Origin: a virus
Lineage: Duplodnaviria > Caudoviricetes
Length of the DNA stretch: 64,000 nt
Direction: 5' to 3' (one strand)
Virus record (IMG/VR): IMGVR_UViG_3300023283_000173
Span: 16,495-80,494 of that record
Shown: in pieces, positions 29,273-39,246 of the stretch
Layout of the letters: every line of letters starts with the position of its first letter
Position numbering within the stretch: the stretch's first letter is position 1
The notes under the pieces: generated by a model
Databases searched by the model: none
What the model was told of the DNA's origin: nothing
Seen by the model: the letters and a program-made list of their open reading frames with translations, nothing else
Program-made: the position numbers and the translations under genes

Positions 29273-30226
29273 TCACTGCGCAATGTTGTTGTACACCACC
29301 ATCGCATCGGGCTCCTCGACCTTGAAGTCGATGCGGAGGGTCAGGACGATGATGTACACGCGAGCTGAGATGTCCTTGTCGAACTCCATGCTCACGTCGC
29401 GCTGGATGCCGAAGATGAGGTTGTTGGGGTTGGTGAAAATACCCTTCGTGTTCGGCATGAGGCTTGCCGCACGCACCGGGGTCCCGAACGCAAACGCGTC
29501 GCTCAGGCCCGTGGTCATACTGTCGCCGAGTCCGGTGCCGCGACTCGCCAGGCTGTCCCGGTACTCCGTCTCCTGGTCCTGCGAAACGTAGTGACGCATG
29601 GCGCCCCGATTCCGGAGGAACTGGTCGGGCATGGTCTTGATGCCCTGCTTGAACACGGCCTTCGAGATCGCGGCCCCCGCCACGTCGGCTACGTTACCGT
29701 CGGTCTCCCCGATCTTGAGCCAGCCGTCCAACTGGGCCAGGAACGTGTCCCCGGAACCGGTGTCCGCCGTGATAGCGAGCTCCTCGAGGTCCGTAGACGA
29801 CCGCTCGGCGATCAAGTCGATCAGAGTCTGACGGAGACCTCCGGGACCTGTGTTCGAGGGCTCGTTGTTCGCCGCCGTGGCACGCTCAACGTTGTCCTCG
29901 AGCACGTCGTACGGCAGACGGACCTCTGCGATCTGCTCCTTCGTATCGAGCTGGATCTGCTCAGTCACCGGCTTCGCTCGGTCGGCCTCCGACAGGGCCG
30001 TGGCGCTCGTAGCCTTGCGGAGGATACGACTCGTGAAGCCGATCTTGTTGATGTTGCGCTTCGGAGCCCGCATCTCGACGACGCGGGCGTCGTTGATGGT
30101 CGTAGGTTGCTTGATCAACTTACGGATAAACCGCGCGCCCTCCTCCGGCTGGAGTGCCCCGCCGTTCGCCTCGAGATCAGCGATCGTGAGGTCTGCCTTG
30201 TTCAGCAGTTCCTGGGTGCTCGTCAT
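29273..30226 (-). CDS. Major capsid protein (HK97 fold)
   Basis: GGALQPEEGARFI, AEVRLPYDVLEDN, DLEELAI.AD, NLIFGIQRDV, RIDFKVEE. Confidence 0.9.
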   Translation of the reverse strand: MTSTQELLNKADLTIADLEANGGALQPEEGARFIRKLIKQPTTINDARVVEMRAPKRNINKIGFTSRILRKATSATALSEADRAKPVTEQIQLDTKEQIAEVRLPYDVLEDNVERATAANNEPSNTGPGGLRQTLIDLIAERSSTDLEELAITADTGSGDTFLAQLDGWLKIGETDGNVADVAGAAISKAVFKQGIKTMPDQFLRNRGAMRHYVSQDQETEYRDSLASRGTGLGDSMTTGLSDAFAFGTPVRAASLMPNTKGIFTNPNNLIFGIQRDVSMEFDKDISARVYIIVLTLRIDFKVEEPDAMVVYNNIAQ

Positions 30227-30266
30227 GTCCCCTCTCTCCTCAGTAGACTCGTCCCGACGGGACCGG

Positions 30267-31349
30267 TCACTCTGCCTTCATGTATGCGGTGTCCAGGTAC
30301 GGAGGCTCACCCGACCGCGTCGAGTTGCTCTTCGCCACACGGATCTCCTCCTGCGGCGCCTCCGCGTTCGTGGTGCCCTTCAGCACCTTCTCCGTGTCGG
30401 AGACACGCGAGCTCAGACCCTCCACGCTCTTGGAGATCTTGTCGACCGTCTCGGTGAGTTCGCCGAGTGTCTTCTCCATCGAAGTCGCGGTGTCCTGTAC
30501 CTGCTTCTGCAGGTCGTCTCGGAGCGACTTGACCACCTCGTGGAGGCCGCTCGCCTCCGTCCCTTCAGACTGACTCTGATCCTCCTGAGAGGGCTCTTCC
30601 TGAGCGTCGGTCTCACCGTCGGTGCCGGAGGCGGAGCCCTCGGACGTCGAGGTGGCGGACGCCTCGGACTCCGCCCCGGCCGCCTCCCCCTCCGTGACCT
30701 CGGGCTTCTTGGTCTCGACCGGCGTAGACTTGTCGAGCTTGAACGCCTCGACGGGGATGTTCGACACCAGCACGCCGACCCACCGCTTAAACTCGTCGAC
30801 GGCCTTCTCGATCTCACCCTGGGCCTCGTCCGGCGTGTCGACTTTCTGCATGATGTTGCCGATGGTGTTGTTCAGCATGTCGCTCCCGAGCCGCAGCGAC
30901 GGGAAAAACGACTCCTGACTGAACACCTCGTTGAACGAGGTCGACTCGAAATTCAGGTCACTGAACGCCTTCTCGATGTGGCTGATGATCAGACCGAGGT
31001 CATCGTCGATCTTCAGCACGCCGATCTCCTCGGCGGGCACCCCCGGCTGGACGAAGTAGACATCGCCGTCCTTCGTCTCCTGCTGCTCGATGCTCAGCCC
31101 GGCCTTCTGGAGTCGGTCGCGCACGAGGTCAAGGTCCGCTCCCTTCCGCACCACCGCGGCGACGACGGCCGGGCCGACGCTCTCCTCCTTACCGAACATG
31201 CGTCGACCGAGGGCGTACAGGTCGAGTCCCATCTCGTTCTCTCCCTTCGTGAATCGGAACGGCACGCGATTCGCTCCCTTTGTTACCAGAGAAAGGAAGT
31301 CTACGTCAGCCCCCTCCAGTTGGTTGGCACTAATCTGGACCTTTGGCAT
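30267..31349 (-). CDS. Capsid scaffolding protein
   Basis: VDFLSLVTKGAN N-terminal motif, acidic linker, coiled-coil C-terminus, directly before MCP. Confidence 0.75.
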   Translation of the reverse strand: MPKVQISANQLEGADVDFLSLVTKGANRVPFRFTKGENEMGLDLYALGRRMFGKEESVGPAVVAAVVRKGADLDLVRDRLQKAGLSIEQQETKDGDVYFVQPGVPAEEIGVLKIDDDLGLIISHIEKAFSDLNFESTSFNEVFSQESFFPSLRLGSDMLNNTIGNIMQKVDTPDEAQGEIEKAVDEFKRWVGVLVSNIPVEAFKLDKSTPVETKKPEVTEGEAAGAESEASATSTSEGSASGTDGETDAQEEPSQEDQSQSEGTEASGLHEVVKSLRDDLQKQVQDTATSMEKTLGELTETVDKISKSVEGLSSRVSDTEKVLKGTTNAEAPQEEIRVAKSNSTRSGEPPYLDTAYMKAE

Positions 31350-32076
31350 TTAGGATACCCTCCACAAAACTGAACCGGTGCTTGTGCCCCTGCGCCTCTT
31401 TCGTAAACGTCCCGTGCACGATCTGGTGCGTATGCCCGTCCGGTCCGGGTCCCGTAGAGCCCCCCAGAAACTCACCGCTGTCCGAGAACCTGACCTGGAA
31501 GTCGTGCGAGTGTCCGGCCACCTCGTCGGTCTCTCCCTTCAGCACCTCTGGGAGCTCGACCTCGATCGTCGTCGGCTTCTTGAACCCACGCCCCCCTATC
31601 GAGAACCCGTTCAACTCACCCTTCTTGATCTTGTCCCAGAGGTCCTGGTCCTCGACCTTCACCGCGGCGACCCACGCACCCGCGATGAAGTCGGGGTCCC
31701 CCTCTCTAGCGACGAAGCTCTCAACGATATAGCTCCCCGACTCCTTGCCGTCGTGCTGCACGTCCACCTTGTTCACGCCGCCCTTGGCCATGAACGCGTA
31801 GGCCATGTCGCGGACGCCCTCCGCCGTCATGAAGTCACCGTCGCTGTCCGGGAACCCCGGGACGTACACCTCGCCCCAGACGATCTGCAGCTCCTCATCG
31901 ACCTTCTTCAGCTCGGAGACTTCCATGACGTCGCTCTTGTTCGCCTCCTGACTGGCCAGGATCGCGGCCGCCTGCTTCAGCGCCTTCTCCTTGCCGTCAG
32001 GTCCGGTGAAGCACGTCCCGCCACGGCCCCACTTCCAGCCGGGTTCGTTGTCCTTCTGGCAGCGCATGAGCGGCAC
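31330..32076 (-). CDS. Prohead protease (XkdF-like)
   Basis: QIVWGEVYVPGFPDSDGDFM, VDVQHD, VESFVA, GAWV, GELNGFSIGG. Confidence 0.85.
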   Translation of the reverse strand: MPLMRCQKDNEPGWKWGRGGTCFTGPDGKEKALKQAAAILASQEANKSDVMEVSELKKVDEELQIVWGEVYVPGFPDSDGDFMTAEGVRDMAYAFMAKGGVNKVDVQHDGKESGSYIVESFVAREGDPDFIAGAWVAAVKVEDQDLWDKIKKGELNGFSIGGRGFKKPTTIEVELPEVLKGETDEVAGHSHDFQVRFSDSGEFLGGSTGPGPDGHTHQIVHGTFTKEAQGHKHRFSFVEGILNAKGPD

Positions 32077-32128
32077 GGATACACCTCGTACACCACATAT
32101 CGTGTCTACCTTTACCCTCGGACAAGAG

Positions 32129-32142
32129 TGCAGTCAACTGCA
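32129..32142 (-). promoter_or_regulatory. 14-bp element, copy 4 of 8
   Basis: Exact match between the terminator and the protease gene. Confidence 0.8.
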
Positions 32143-32173
32143 GGCCCGAATGCGCCCCGCGTGTGATCTGAAT

Positions 32174-32208
32174 AAAAAAAAAGCCGACGCTAGGCCGGCC
32201 TCAGTCGG
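32174..32208 (-). terminator. Rho-independent terminator closing the early-gene insert
   Basis: CCGAC...AGGCC/GGCCT...GTCGG stem followed by a 9-T run. Confidence 0.75.
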
Positions 32209-32248
32209 GAAGGTATAGGTTTCGGTTAGTCGATGCGGTTTCCGTTCA

Positions 32249-32479
32249 TCACGTCCTCGACACCAATCTCTTTACGACATCCATATCGATCAACATCGAC
32301 TCGATCTCATCGAGGAGGTCGTCGTCGCTCGGGTCCTCCGCGACCCACTGCTGCCGCGGGATGACTACCTTGAGGTCTGAACGCCGACGGACCTCCCCGA
32401 AGACGTTACCGAAGTCTGAGACCTCCCACCTGAACTCATAGGCGTCGTCGAAGATCGGTGTGGAACCATATGCCTGCAT
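32249..32479 (-). CDS. Small acidic hypothetical protein
   Basis: ACCAAGGAGGGT RBS; within promoter-terminator cassette. Confidence 0.7.
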   Translation of the reverse strand: MQAYGSTPIFDDAYEFRWEVSDFGNVFGEVRRRSDLKVVIPRQQWVAEDPSDDDLLDEIESMLIDMDVVKRLVSRT

Positions 32480-32503
32480 CTCTTCTACCCTCCTTGGTCT
32501 GAT

Positions 32504-32764
32504 TTATCGAACGAAGCACTTCCCGTTGTGAGGTCCGACTCCCCTCCAGACCTGAGTCCCGCTCCTCAAGGTCCGAGAGAAGACGAACTTCATCTCGAGG
32601 TCGAGAGTGTTGCTCTCGTCGTTGACGTCGTGGACTGTCCCCTTCGCCCAGAAGGACTTCTGGTTAACCACCGTGACCTCGAGTGTTCCCGAGAAACCGA
32701 AGAACTTGACACCGCCGGAAGACCAGGTGTTACTAAACTCAACCATCTGACCTTGCTCAACCAT
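32504..32764 (-). CDS. Small hypothetical protein
   Basis: ACCAAGGAGGGT RBS before ATG 32764; in-frame upstream ATG at 32803. Confidence 0.7.
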   Translation of the reverse strand: MVEQGQMVEFSNTWSSGGVKFFGFSGTLEVTVVNQKSFWAKGTVHDVNDESNTLDLEMKFVFSRTLRSGTQVWRGVGPHNGKCFVR

Positions 32765-32809
32765 CTTACCCTCCTTGGTCTTGGGATTTGTGTTTGTATT
32801 CATACTCTT

Positions 32810-32838
32810 AACTTAGGAGGTAGGATGTAGTTTGTCAA
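32810..32838 (-). promoter_or_regulatory. Strong sigma70 promoter, copy A of 92-bp cassette
   Basis: TTGACA-17-TAAGTT with A/T-rich upstream tract. Confidence 0.85.
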
Positions 32839-32865
32839 GTAGGCAGGTAAAGATTTTTACGTTTT

Positions 32866-33030
32866 TTACCTGTTCGTTTTCGTGGGATCGACCTCGATCT
32901 CGAGACCCTCCGCAGAGGCCCACACCCACTTCAGGCGACGTGCCTCCACAGGTACGTCCTCGGGAGACACCTCCGTCGCGACCGCGGCCTCCTCGTCAGT
33001 AAGCTCCTGCTTCTCTACCTTATCACTCAC
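32866..33030 (-). CDS. 54-aa acidic protein, candidate ART immunity/partner (not in ORF track)
   Basis: Manual translation MSDKVEKQELTDEEAAVATEVSPEDVPVEARRLKWVWASAEGLEIEVDPTKTNR; GTGA overlap with the ART stop. Confidence 0.6.
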   Translation of the reverse strand: MSDKVEKQELTDEEAAVATEVSPEDVPVEARRLKWVWASAEGLEIEVDPTKTNR

Positions 33031-34556
33031 TCTATCAACTCCGCTTCTACGACCCTCACTCCGTTTATGGTCTCCTGCGTGACCTTAGTCAGGCGTAACT
33101 TGGTACGCCTCGCTAGTAACAACTCTGACTCGAAGGAACTGCCTCCGACCTCTGACTTACCTATAGGTATAGCTCTCGTACCTCTTTTCAACTTGATACG
33201 AAGGACCACGTCTTCTAGAGGATTCTCGACGAAACTCTTCATTACATCTCTGTCCGTTGTAACCGACATAAACCCTGGATCTCTTACAGCAGATCCCTCC
33301 AAGAAAGACAGGTCGTCTACACCAAATGTATCTTTAGCCTTTCTCACACCCCTGTACACGACCACATCTCTCTGGATCGCAGACACCCTGACTACTGAGT
33401 CAAGTGAGTCGACAACACGCTCGAAACCAAGAAAGTCGAGCCTGTCCTCAGAGACCTCGGCTATTATAGTAGGAGGTAGTGTCTGACCTCTCAACCTAGC
33501 ATTCAACGCCAAGTACCCATCACCCTGATAGAACTCTACCATGTTTCTCTCGGTTGAAGTGAGGTCTCGCGCTATGGTGGCCTTCTCAACAAACTCTTTG
33601 TACCCCTTAGTCCCTACGAACTCCTTGAAATCAGCCTGCTCGACAACCGGGGCCTCCACCTGCTGCGTATCCGGTGCCTGCTGCACGGGCACCACCTCGG
33701 TGACCGACCCCGCCTCGACCAATACGCCCCGGCAATTCGGATGGTACGGTGGACTTCCCAGGTTCTCGTCCTGAAGCTGCTGCGGCGTTTTCGAGCGGAG
33801 GACCGCCACCGCTTCCGGCTTCTGACTGGGCCACGGCGCTACGCTCCTGAGCTCCTGCGGATCCTGCGTGCGTAGTGCTCCGTCTATCCTCGAGAATTCC
33901 TTGCTTACCTCGAACGTCTTGCCATGCATCGTCTCGCAGACGGGACATATCCGGTCGTCGAGTATCTCGCTGACCTGATAAGTCGTGATCTGGAGCTGCT
34001 GCGCCTCGGCGAGGAACCCAAAAGTCACGAGGCGGCTAGTGAACAGGTTCGCCCCGATCTCGGTGACACTGCGACCGCCCCCGAGCACCACCCTGTTGAT
34101 CTTCTCGACCAACACCTCGTCTGCCTGCTTCTGCAGTACCTCCCCGTCGTCGTCCTTGCTCAGGCGCTGCTCCTCAGCGTCAAGTAGTCGGTCCAGGCGG
34201 TCCCGCAGTCCGTCAGACAGGTCCTCGAGCAGCTCGTCGAACTGCCTCACCGCGTTGTCGACCACCTCGCTGACCGACACGCCGCCCTGCACGATCGCCG
34301 TCTGCTCTACCTCGGTGAGTCTGGCCCCGCCCAACAGCATCGCCGACACAGCCAGCTCCTCCAGCCTGTTCCGTATCGCGTCGACCACCCCTCGCGTGGA
34401 GATCGAGTCCGCAGCGTCGGACGCCTGCTTGAACTTCCCCTCCGCGAGTAGGTCGGCAACCTGTCGTGCCTTCTCCTCGGCCTCCGCCCGCCACGCCTCG
34501 AAGACCGCGTCGGCCACGGTGGACTCCAGCGACAGGAAGGCCTCAACCTTGACCAC
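33027..34556 (-). CDS. MuF/SPP1 gp7-like minor head protein fused to a C-terminal ADP-ribosyltransferase
   Basis: EILDDRICPVC...HPNCRG (MuF); YQGDGYLALNARLR, VYRG, GFMSVT, ESELLL (R-S-E clade ART). Confidence 0.88.
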   Translation of the reverse strand: MVKVEAFLSLESTVADAVFEAWRAEAEEKARQVADLLAEGKFKQASDAADSISTRGVVDAIRNRLEELAVSAMLLGGARLTEVEQTAIVQGGVSVSEVVDNAVRQFDELLEDLSDGLRDRLDRLLDAEEQRLSKDDDGEVLQKQADEVLVEKINRVVLGGGRSVTEIGANLFTSRLVTFGFLAEAQQLQITTYQVSEILDDRICPVCETMHGKTFEVSKEFSRIDGALRTQDPQELRSVAPWPSQKPEAVAVLRSKTPQQLQDENLGSPPYHPNCRGVLVEAGSVTEVVPVQQAPDTQQVEAPVVEQADFKEFVGTKGYKEFVEKATIARDLTSTERNMVEFYQGDGYLALNARLRGQTLPPTIIAEVSEDRLDFLGFERVVDSLDSVVRVSAIQRDVVVYRGVRKAKDTFGVDDLSFLEGSAVRDPGFMSVTTDRDVMKSFVENPLEDVVLRIKLKRGTRAIPIGKSEVGGSSFESELLLARRTKLRLTKVTQETINGVRVVEAELIE

Positions 34557-34557
34557 C

Positions 34558-36327
34558 TCAGCCCCCGGTCATAGAGGCCATGACAGACAGCGTGCACGCA
34601 GACAGTCTGGCCAGACCCTCGGGGTCGTTCTCCACGTCGTTGTACTGGAGCGCGGCCAGGGCCTGCCGGAACTTCGCGTACCCGTCCTGGTCGAGGGTAC
34701 TGGTGGCCAGGGCTACGTTCTTCTCGACCTCCACGAAGTCCCTCTTCCGCATGGCAAGCAAGACCTCGACGGCGAGCGCAGACGCTCTGGCGTCGCTCTT
34801 ATCGAACGCGAGGACCTCAGCCGGCTGACTGTCCGGAGGTCCATCCTGTGGCTGCGACGTCTCGTCGGACGACGGGTCGACCGACTGCTGCTCGACCTCG
34901 TCTACTCCCGACTGCTCCGACACCTTGATGTTCAGCCCCGTGCACTCGTTCACCACCGAGACCACCTCGTCGGAGTCTACGTCTCCGGTGGCCGCCGCCA
35001 TCTGCAGCCCCTCGAGCTTACTGCTGATGTCGGCGATCACGATAGGCAGCGATCGCATCCTCACGTCGTCATACCCAAGAGCAGGCAGTAGCTGAGTAGT
35101 GACGATCTCATCGAACTCCTGGCGCTCAGGAGCGAACACCTGCTCCTCACCCACCCTGTACGACGTCCAGGCGGTCGCAAAGCTGTAGTCCTCAGCCTTG
35201 CCGATGAAGATGGGGGGTACGCGGAAGCCGACGCGCGTGTGTTCCGACGTGCGCTCGTCGTATTTCAGGAACATCGCGTCGCTCTGCCTCTCTCCCCCGA
35301 ACCTCTCAACGCTCACACGGGAGTTACCAGGACTGTCGATGGTCCCTCCCGACGGCTGTACTTCGAACACCAGGACCTTGTTCTTCTGACTCGGTCCCAT
35401 GCTCATCATCTGCTGCAGCGATCTGCGAGCCCTCTCCGTCAGTACGCCTCCCTGCAGGAAGATCATCGCGGGCGGTACGCCCCCGCTGTTGAAGAAGTTG
35501 AGGTTCAGCTCCTCGGCCTTGCGGGACCCGAGGACAGACGGCACCTGCGATATCCACCGCGGCAGACCGTACGGGGAGTTGCCGTCCGGTATCAGACGGA
35601 AGCAGAGCACCTCGGTAGCCCTCCTGTCGAGGGGTACATCCTGCTGATCCCCCCACTCGCCCGTCGTCTTGTCGAGTTCACGTCGAACACCGAAGTCCTT
35701 GAAGAACCGCAATTTGTTGTTCGTGGATAACTGGGCGTACCGTCGCTGACGCATCTCTACCTTGAGCGTCTCCTCCTGTCCCCTGCGTTTGACCGTGACA
35801 TCGACCGGCACCGGCCTGTCCAAGCGGACCAGACGCATCGAGACCGAGCGCATCTGCCTCAGCAACACGATCTCGCCGCCAGCGTTCCTGATCACCTCGA
35901 GGTAAGCCATCCCGGTCTGCTCCAGGTCCCGACGCAACTCCTTCCGCATCGTGACGAACGACTTGCCCGGCCACGGCTCCTCGAAGAACTCCTCTAGGTC
36001 CCTGATCTTCCTTTCGTCGTCGTCGGTCGGATCGTCACCGCTCTTCATCTCGAAGACGAACCCAGTACCGTCGACGTTCGTGACCATGGCCTCCACGCAG
36101 GGGGCGAGCGTGTTGTTCTCCTCCTGGGCCAGGCGCTGCAACAAACGCAGGTTGAAGGGGGGCTGTATCAGGCCCTTGTCTCTGTCCTCCCCGATATAGA
36201 ACGGCCTGAACTCGTCGTCTACCTCGATTGCGTTCGAGATCAGCACCCCGTCCGCGTTCTCCTGCTTGTCGAGCTCGTGCACGTCGTAAACGGCGTAGTT
36301 CTCGTCCGAGGTCTGGTCGTCGGGCAC
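34558..36327 (-). CDS. Portal protein
   Basis: IQPPFN, DLEQTGMAYLE, PYGLPRWIS, FFNSGGVPP, GFRVPPIFIG. Confidence 0.92.
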   Translation of the reverse strand: MPDDQTSDENYAVYDVHELDKQENADGVLISNAIEVDDEFRPFYIGEDRDKGLIQPPFNLRLLQRLAQEENNTLAPCVEAMVTNVDGTGFVFEMKSGDDPTDDDERKIRDLEEFFEEPWPGKSFVTMRKELRRDLEQTGMAYLEVIRNAGGEIVLLRQMRSVSMRLVRLDRPVPVDVTVKRRGQEETLKVEMRQRRYAQLSTNNKLRFFKDFGVRRELDKTTGEWGDQQDVPLDRRATEVLCFRLIPDGNSPYGLPRWISQVPSVLGSRKAEELNLNFFNSGGVPPAMIFLQGGVLTERARRSLQQMMSMGPSQKNKVLVFEVQPSGGTIDSPGNSRVSVERFGGERQSDAMFLKYDERTSEHTRVGFRVPPIFIGKAEDYSFATAWTSYRVGEEQVFAPERQEFDEIVTTQLLPALGYDDVRMRSLPIVIADISSKLEGLQMAAATGDVDSDEVVSVVNECTGLNIKVSEQSGVDEVEQQSVDPSSDETSQPQDGPPDSQPAEVLAFDKSDARASALAVEVLLAMRKRDFVEVEKNVALATSTLDQDGYAKFRQALAALQYNDVENDPEGLARLSACTLSVMASMTGG

Positions 36328-36355
36328 GTTGGCGCTCCTTCCTGGTACCACCCCG

Positions 36356-38722
36356 TCAGGTCGCGGGTACGGGGTGTGCAGTCAACTGCAACTCCTCCAC
36401 GTCTCCCATGTTATAGCCCAACTGTGCGTCGACAGGGAAGGGCACAGTCGGACGCCATCCGACTCGCTCCAGCGGGAGGTTCTCCATGATCTCCGCCTGT
36501 TGTCTAGCGAGTTCCTCGGCCCTCGACTCGGACACGTAGCTCACCGAGTTGTCGTGTACCATACCGCAGACCACCAGGTCGTCCTCGTCGAAAGAGGCCT
36601 CGATCTCGGAGACCGCGTAGACCATCATGTCGGTAAGCGTAGACTGGATAGGTGAGTTGATGGCCTGCCTTTCAGCACGCGACTGCACGACCCAGTCCCT
36701 GCTCGCTATGTGGGGTAGGTGCCTTATCCGACCCAGCGGACTCCTGACCATCTTGTACTTGTGCGCAGTCCTGATCATCCGATCGTGGTACGTGAGCAGA
36801 CCCGGGTAGAGCTCGAAGAACGCGTCTATCATCTGCTGCGCCTCTTCGAGCGTCAGACTGATACCGTAGTTGGCCCAGGCGTAGTCCACGAACCCGGCGG
36901 CCCTCATACCGAACAGTAGACCGAAGTTTCCCGCCTTGGCCCGCGTGCGCACCGACTTGAACATGTCGGAGTCACTGTCCTTGAGTCTCAGAAACTCGGC
37001 CAGCGCGTAACCCGCTAGCTTCGCGCCGGTGATCGAGTGAGGGTCCTGACCCTCCAGGAACGCCCTCGCCAGGGTCGGCTCCGGCGCCACCTCGGCCGCC
37101 ACACGCAGCTCTCCCTGTGCGTAGTCCTCTATCAGGATCTTCATCCCGGGCGGGGCCACAAAGCAGCGTCGTATCTCCTTCGCCCACTTCGTCTTGTTCG
37201 GTAGCGTCTGGTACGGAGGGTCCTTGCAGGCGAGCCTGCCGGACACGGTACCCGACTCCTCACGGTCCATGTAGTCCCCGTGGAACAGCATGTAGCTCGG
37301 ATGCAGCAACCCGTCGTCCCTCACGTCGTCCAGAAACCCGTCTACGAAGGACGACTTCGTCTTCTCCGCCCCGTTCAGCTCCTTCAGCACGTCGCACATC
37401 GCAGCCGCATCGGGGTGGTCGCGAAACATCTCGAGGTGTGCCCTCGTCGTCGACGGCTCACCGGTCTTCTCCGTCCTCATCTTCGGTCGTAGTCTGAGGC
37501 CCCTTTTCCCGAAGAAATACTCCTTGACGAGCGCGGGAACCAGCGGCGACTTTCCCCTCCGCGCTTGGTCTTCAATTTTGTCAGAGTACTCCCTGCGCAG
37601 GCCCGGTGTCAGCAGACTCACTGCCCTCTTGCGTTGCTCTACTATCTCCGACTCCAAACGTGACTGGAGCCTCGCGTAGCGGTCCTTGTCTATCCAGACC
37701 CCACAGCGCTCCACCCTCTCGAATGCGCGGGCACCGGGGTGGAGTATGTTGACGTAGAACCGCGCCAGGACCCCGTCCCCCAGCAGCTCGTCACGCTCTT
37801 CCTCCGCCACCCTGTAGGTCGCATCGCAGTCTCCTCCCTGGTATTCCAGCAGGTCGTTCGGCGGTACGAGGTCCATCCTGCCCTTGTCGTACTTGGCGTC
37901 GAACTCGGCCTCGTAGCCGCCGATGTCAGTGTAGGTCTTCGCGTGCAGACTGAGGCTGTTCCGTCGGTTCTCATTGAGCAGGGACCCCACGAGAGTCGTA
38001 TCCAGGCGGAAGTTCGTACACTCGACGCCCCACTTCAACCACAGCCAGTGCAGGTCGAACTTGAAGTTCGCGCCCCTCATGGATACGAAGTCCGCCTGTA
38101 GTAGCCACCTGACGTTCTCCAGCAACCTACTCGACAACTGCACAGGGTGCGTCCTCGGACCTACGTACGCGCAGTCGGCCCTGCCGGCCGCGTCTGAGAA
38201 TCCGATCGAGACGATGTTCTTCGACCTGGCCCACGGGTCCAGGCCCTCGGTCTCGAGGTCGCAGGCTACGGCTACCCGCTCACCCGTATCCTCGTGTCTC
38301 TTCTTCACGCGTCGTATCAGGTCCTCGAAGTCGGCCACCCACCTGTACGTCCCGGTCGAGGGTAGCATCGACCCCGTGCGAGACACCCTCGCGGCCAGCC
38401 TACAGTCCCACTCCAGGTACGGCTCCTTACCCGGGTCGTTGTCCACGACGCCGGGGTCGTAGGTCACGAACAGGGGCACCTCAGAAGACCTGAACTGCCT
38501 CTCCCTGAGCGAGTCGATCGTGCGGTTACGAGGCAGTACTCCCGCCCCCTGCAACTCCTTCACTGCTGCCGACCCGCAGACGAGGACGGGATGATTCTGT
38601 ACGACGGCGTCTCGTACCCCTTCCGGCTCGACGCACCTCACCTGGTCTCTCGAGAGGCCGCCCCTGACGAGTGCGTCTAGGACCCTGCGCCGCGGCTCTC
38701 CCCTGCGGACCACGACTATCAT
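36356..38722 (-). CDS. polA: Family A DNA polymerase with N-terminal UDG-like and 3'-5' exonuclease domains
   Basis: ACDLETEG (ExoI), ANFKFD, YQGGD, TVSGRL...P..Q, DYAQGELR, RTRAKAGNFG, GMVHD; N-terminal VLVCGSAA...VTYDPG. Confidence 0.93.
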   Translation of the reverse strand: MIVVVRRGEPRRRVLDALVRGGLSRDQVRCVEPEGVRDAVVQNHPVLVCGSAAVKELQGAGVLPRNRTIDSLRERQFRSSEVPLFVTYDPGVVDNDPGKEPYLEWDCRLAARVSRTGSMLPSTGTYRWVADFEDLIRRVKKRHEDTGERVAVACDLETEGLDPWARSKNIVSIGFSDAAGRADCAYVGPRTHPVQLSSRLLENVRWLLQADFVSMRGANFKFDLHWLWLKWGVECTNFRLDTTLVGSLLNENRRNSLSLHAKTYTDIGGYEAEFDAKYDKGRMDLVPPNDLLEYQGGDCDATYRVAEEERDELLGDGVLARFYVNILHPGARAFERVERCGVWIDKDRYARLQSRLESEIVEQRKRAVSLLTPGLRREYSDKIEDQARRGKSPLVPALVKEYFFGKRGLRLRPKMRTEKTGEPSTTRAHLEMFRDHPDAAAMCDVLKELNGAEKTKSSFVDGFLDDVRDDGLLHPSYMLFHGDYMDREESGTVSGRLACKDPPYQTLPNKTKWAKEIRRCFVAPPGMKILIEDYAQGELRVAAEVAPEPTLARAFLEGQDPHSITGAKLAGYALAEFLRLKDSDSDMFKSVRTRAKAGNFGLLFGMRAAGFVDYAWANYGISLTLEEAQQMIDAFFELYPGLLTYHDRMIRTAHKYKMVRSPLGRIRHLPHIASRDWVVQSRAERQAINSPIQSTLTDMMVYAVSEIEASFDEDDLVVCGMVHDNSVSYVSESRAEELARQQAEIMENLPLERVGWRPTVPFPVDAQLGYNMGDVEELQLTAHPVPAT
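36377..36390 (-). promoter_or_regulatory. 14-bp element, copy 5 of 8
   Basis: Exact match in the last codons of the polymerase gene, 50 nt before the portal start. Confidence 0.8.
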
Positions 38723-39048
38723 CTGACACGCTCCCACCCGTCCTCCTGCCTCCACTTGGCCTTACACTTACCATCGTCCCTCAGCTCCAGGAACACGGTC
38801 ACGTAGGGCGGCCGCGCACGATACATGACGAACTCTACGCCCTCCCGTACGCACACGACGAACTCCTCACGGCCCCTCACCTTCCTCGATCCTACGAACA
38901 TCAGCGTCAGACGGAGTGGGTTATCGTCAGGACCAGGTACCGGTATCGGGACTTCCGAGGCCCCGTAGTTCTCTCCGAACGAAGACGAACGCCACACAGT
39001 CATCTCGAAGGTATCGGCAACGTTCGCCAGCCTCACTCCTCCATCCAC
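38719..39048 (-). CDS. Hypothetical protein
   Basis: ATGA overlap with polymerase. Confidence 0.6.
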   Translation of the reverse strand: MDGGVRLANVADTFEMTVWRSSSFGENYGASEVPIPVPGPDDNPLRLTLMFVGSRKVRGREEFVVCVREGVEFVMYRARPPYVTVFLELRDDGKCKAKWRQEDGWERVR

Positions 39049-39245
39049 TGCCAGCCTCCTCCTACACTCGCCGTCGCGCGTCCCAGCCCGCAGCCCAGGT
39101 ACGACACCTCTACCTCGATCGAGTCTGCGGACACGGACAGTACGACCATGTCGACTCCCTCCTCTGCCAGACCGGGGAACAAGGGGTCCTCGGTCGACAC
39201 CAGGTCGCCCCCCTGCACCTGCCCTATCATCTCCGCCAGTCTCAC
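39033..39245 (-). CDS. Small hypothetical protein
   Basis: Overlapping gene packing. Confidence 0.55.
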   Translation of the reverse strand: MRLAEMIGQVQGGDLVSTEDPLFPGLAEEGVDMVVLSVSADSIEVEVSYLGCGLGRATASVGGGWQWMEE

Positions 39246-39246
39246 G

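Noticed and set aside
36356-38722. DpoZ / 2-aminoadenine genome
   Set aside because: No PurZ-like or dATPase gene is visible in the window.
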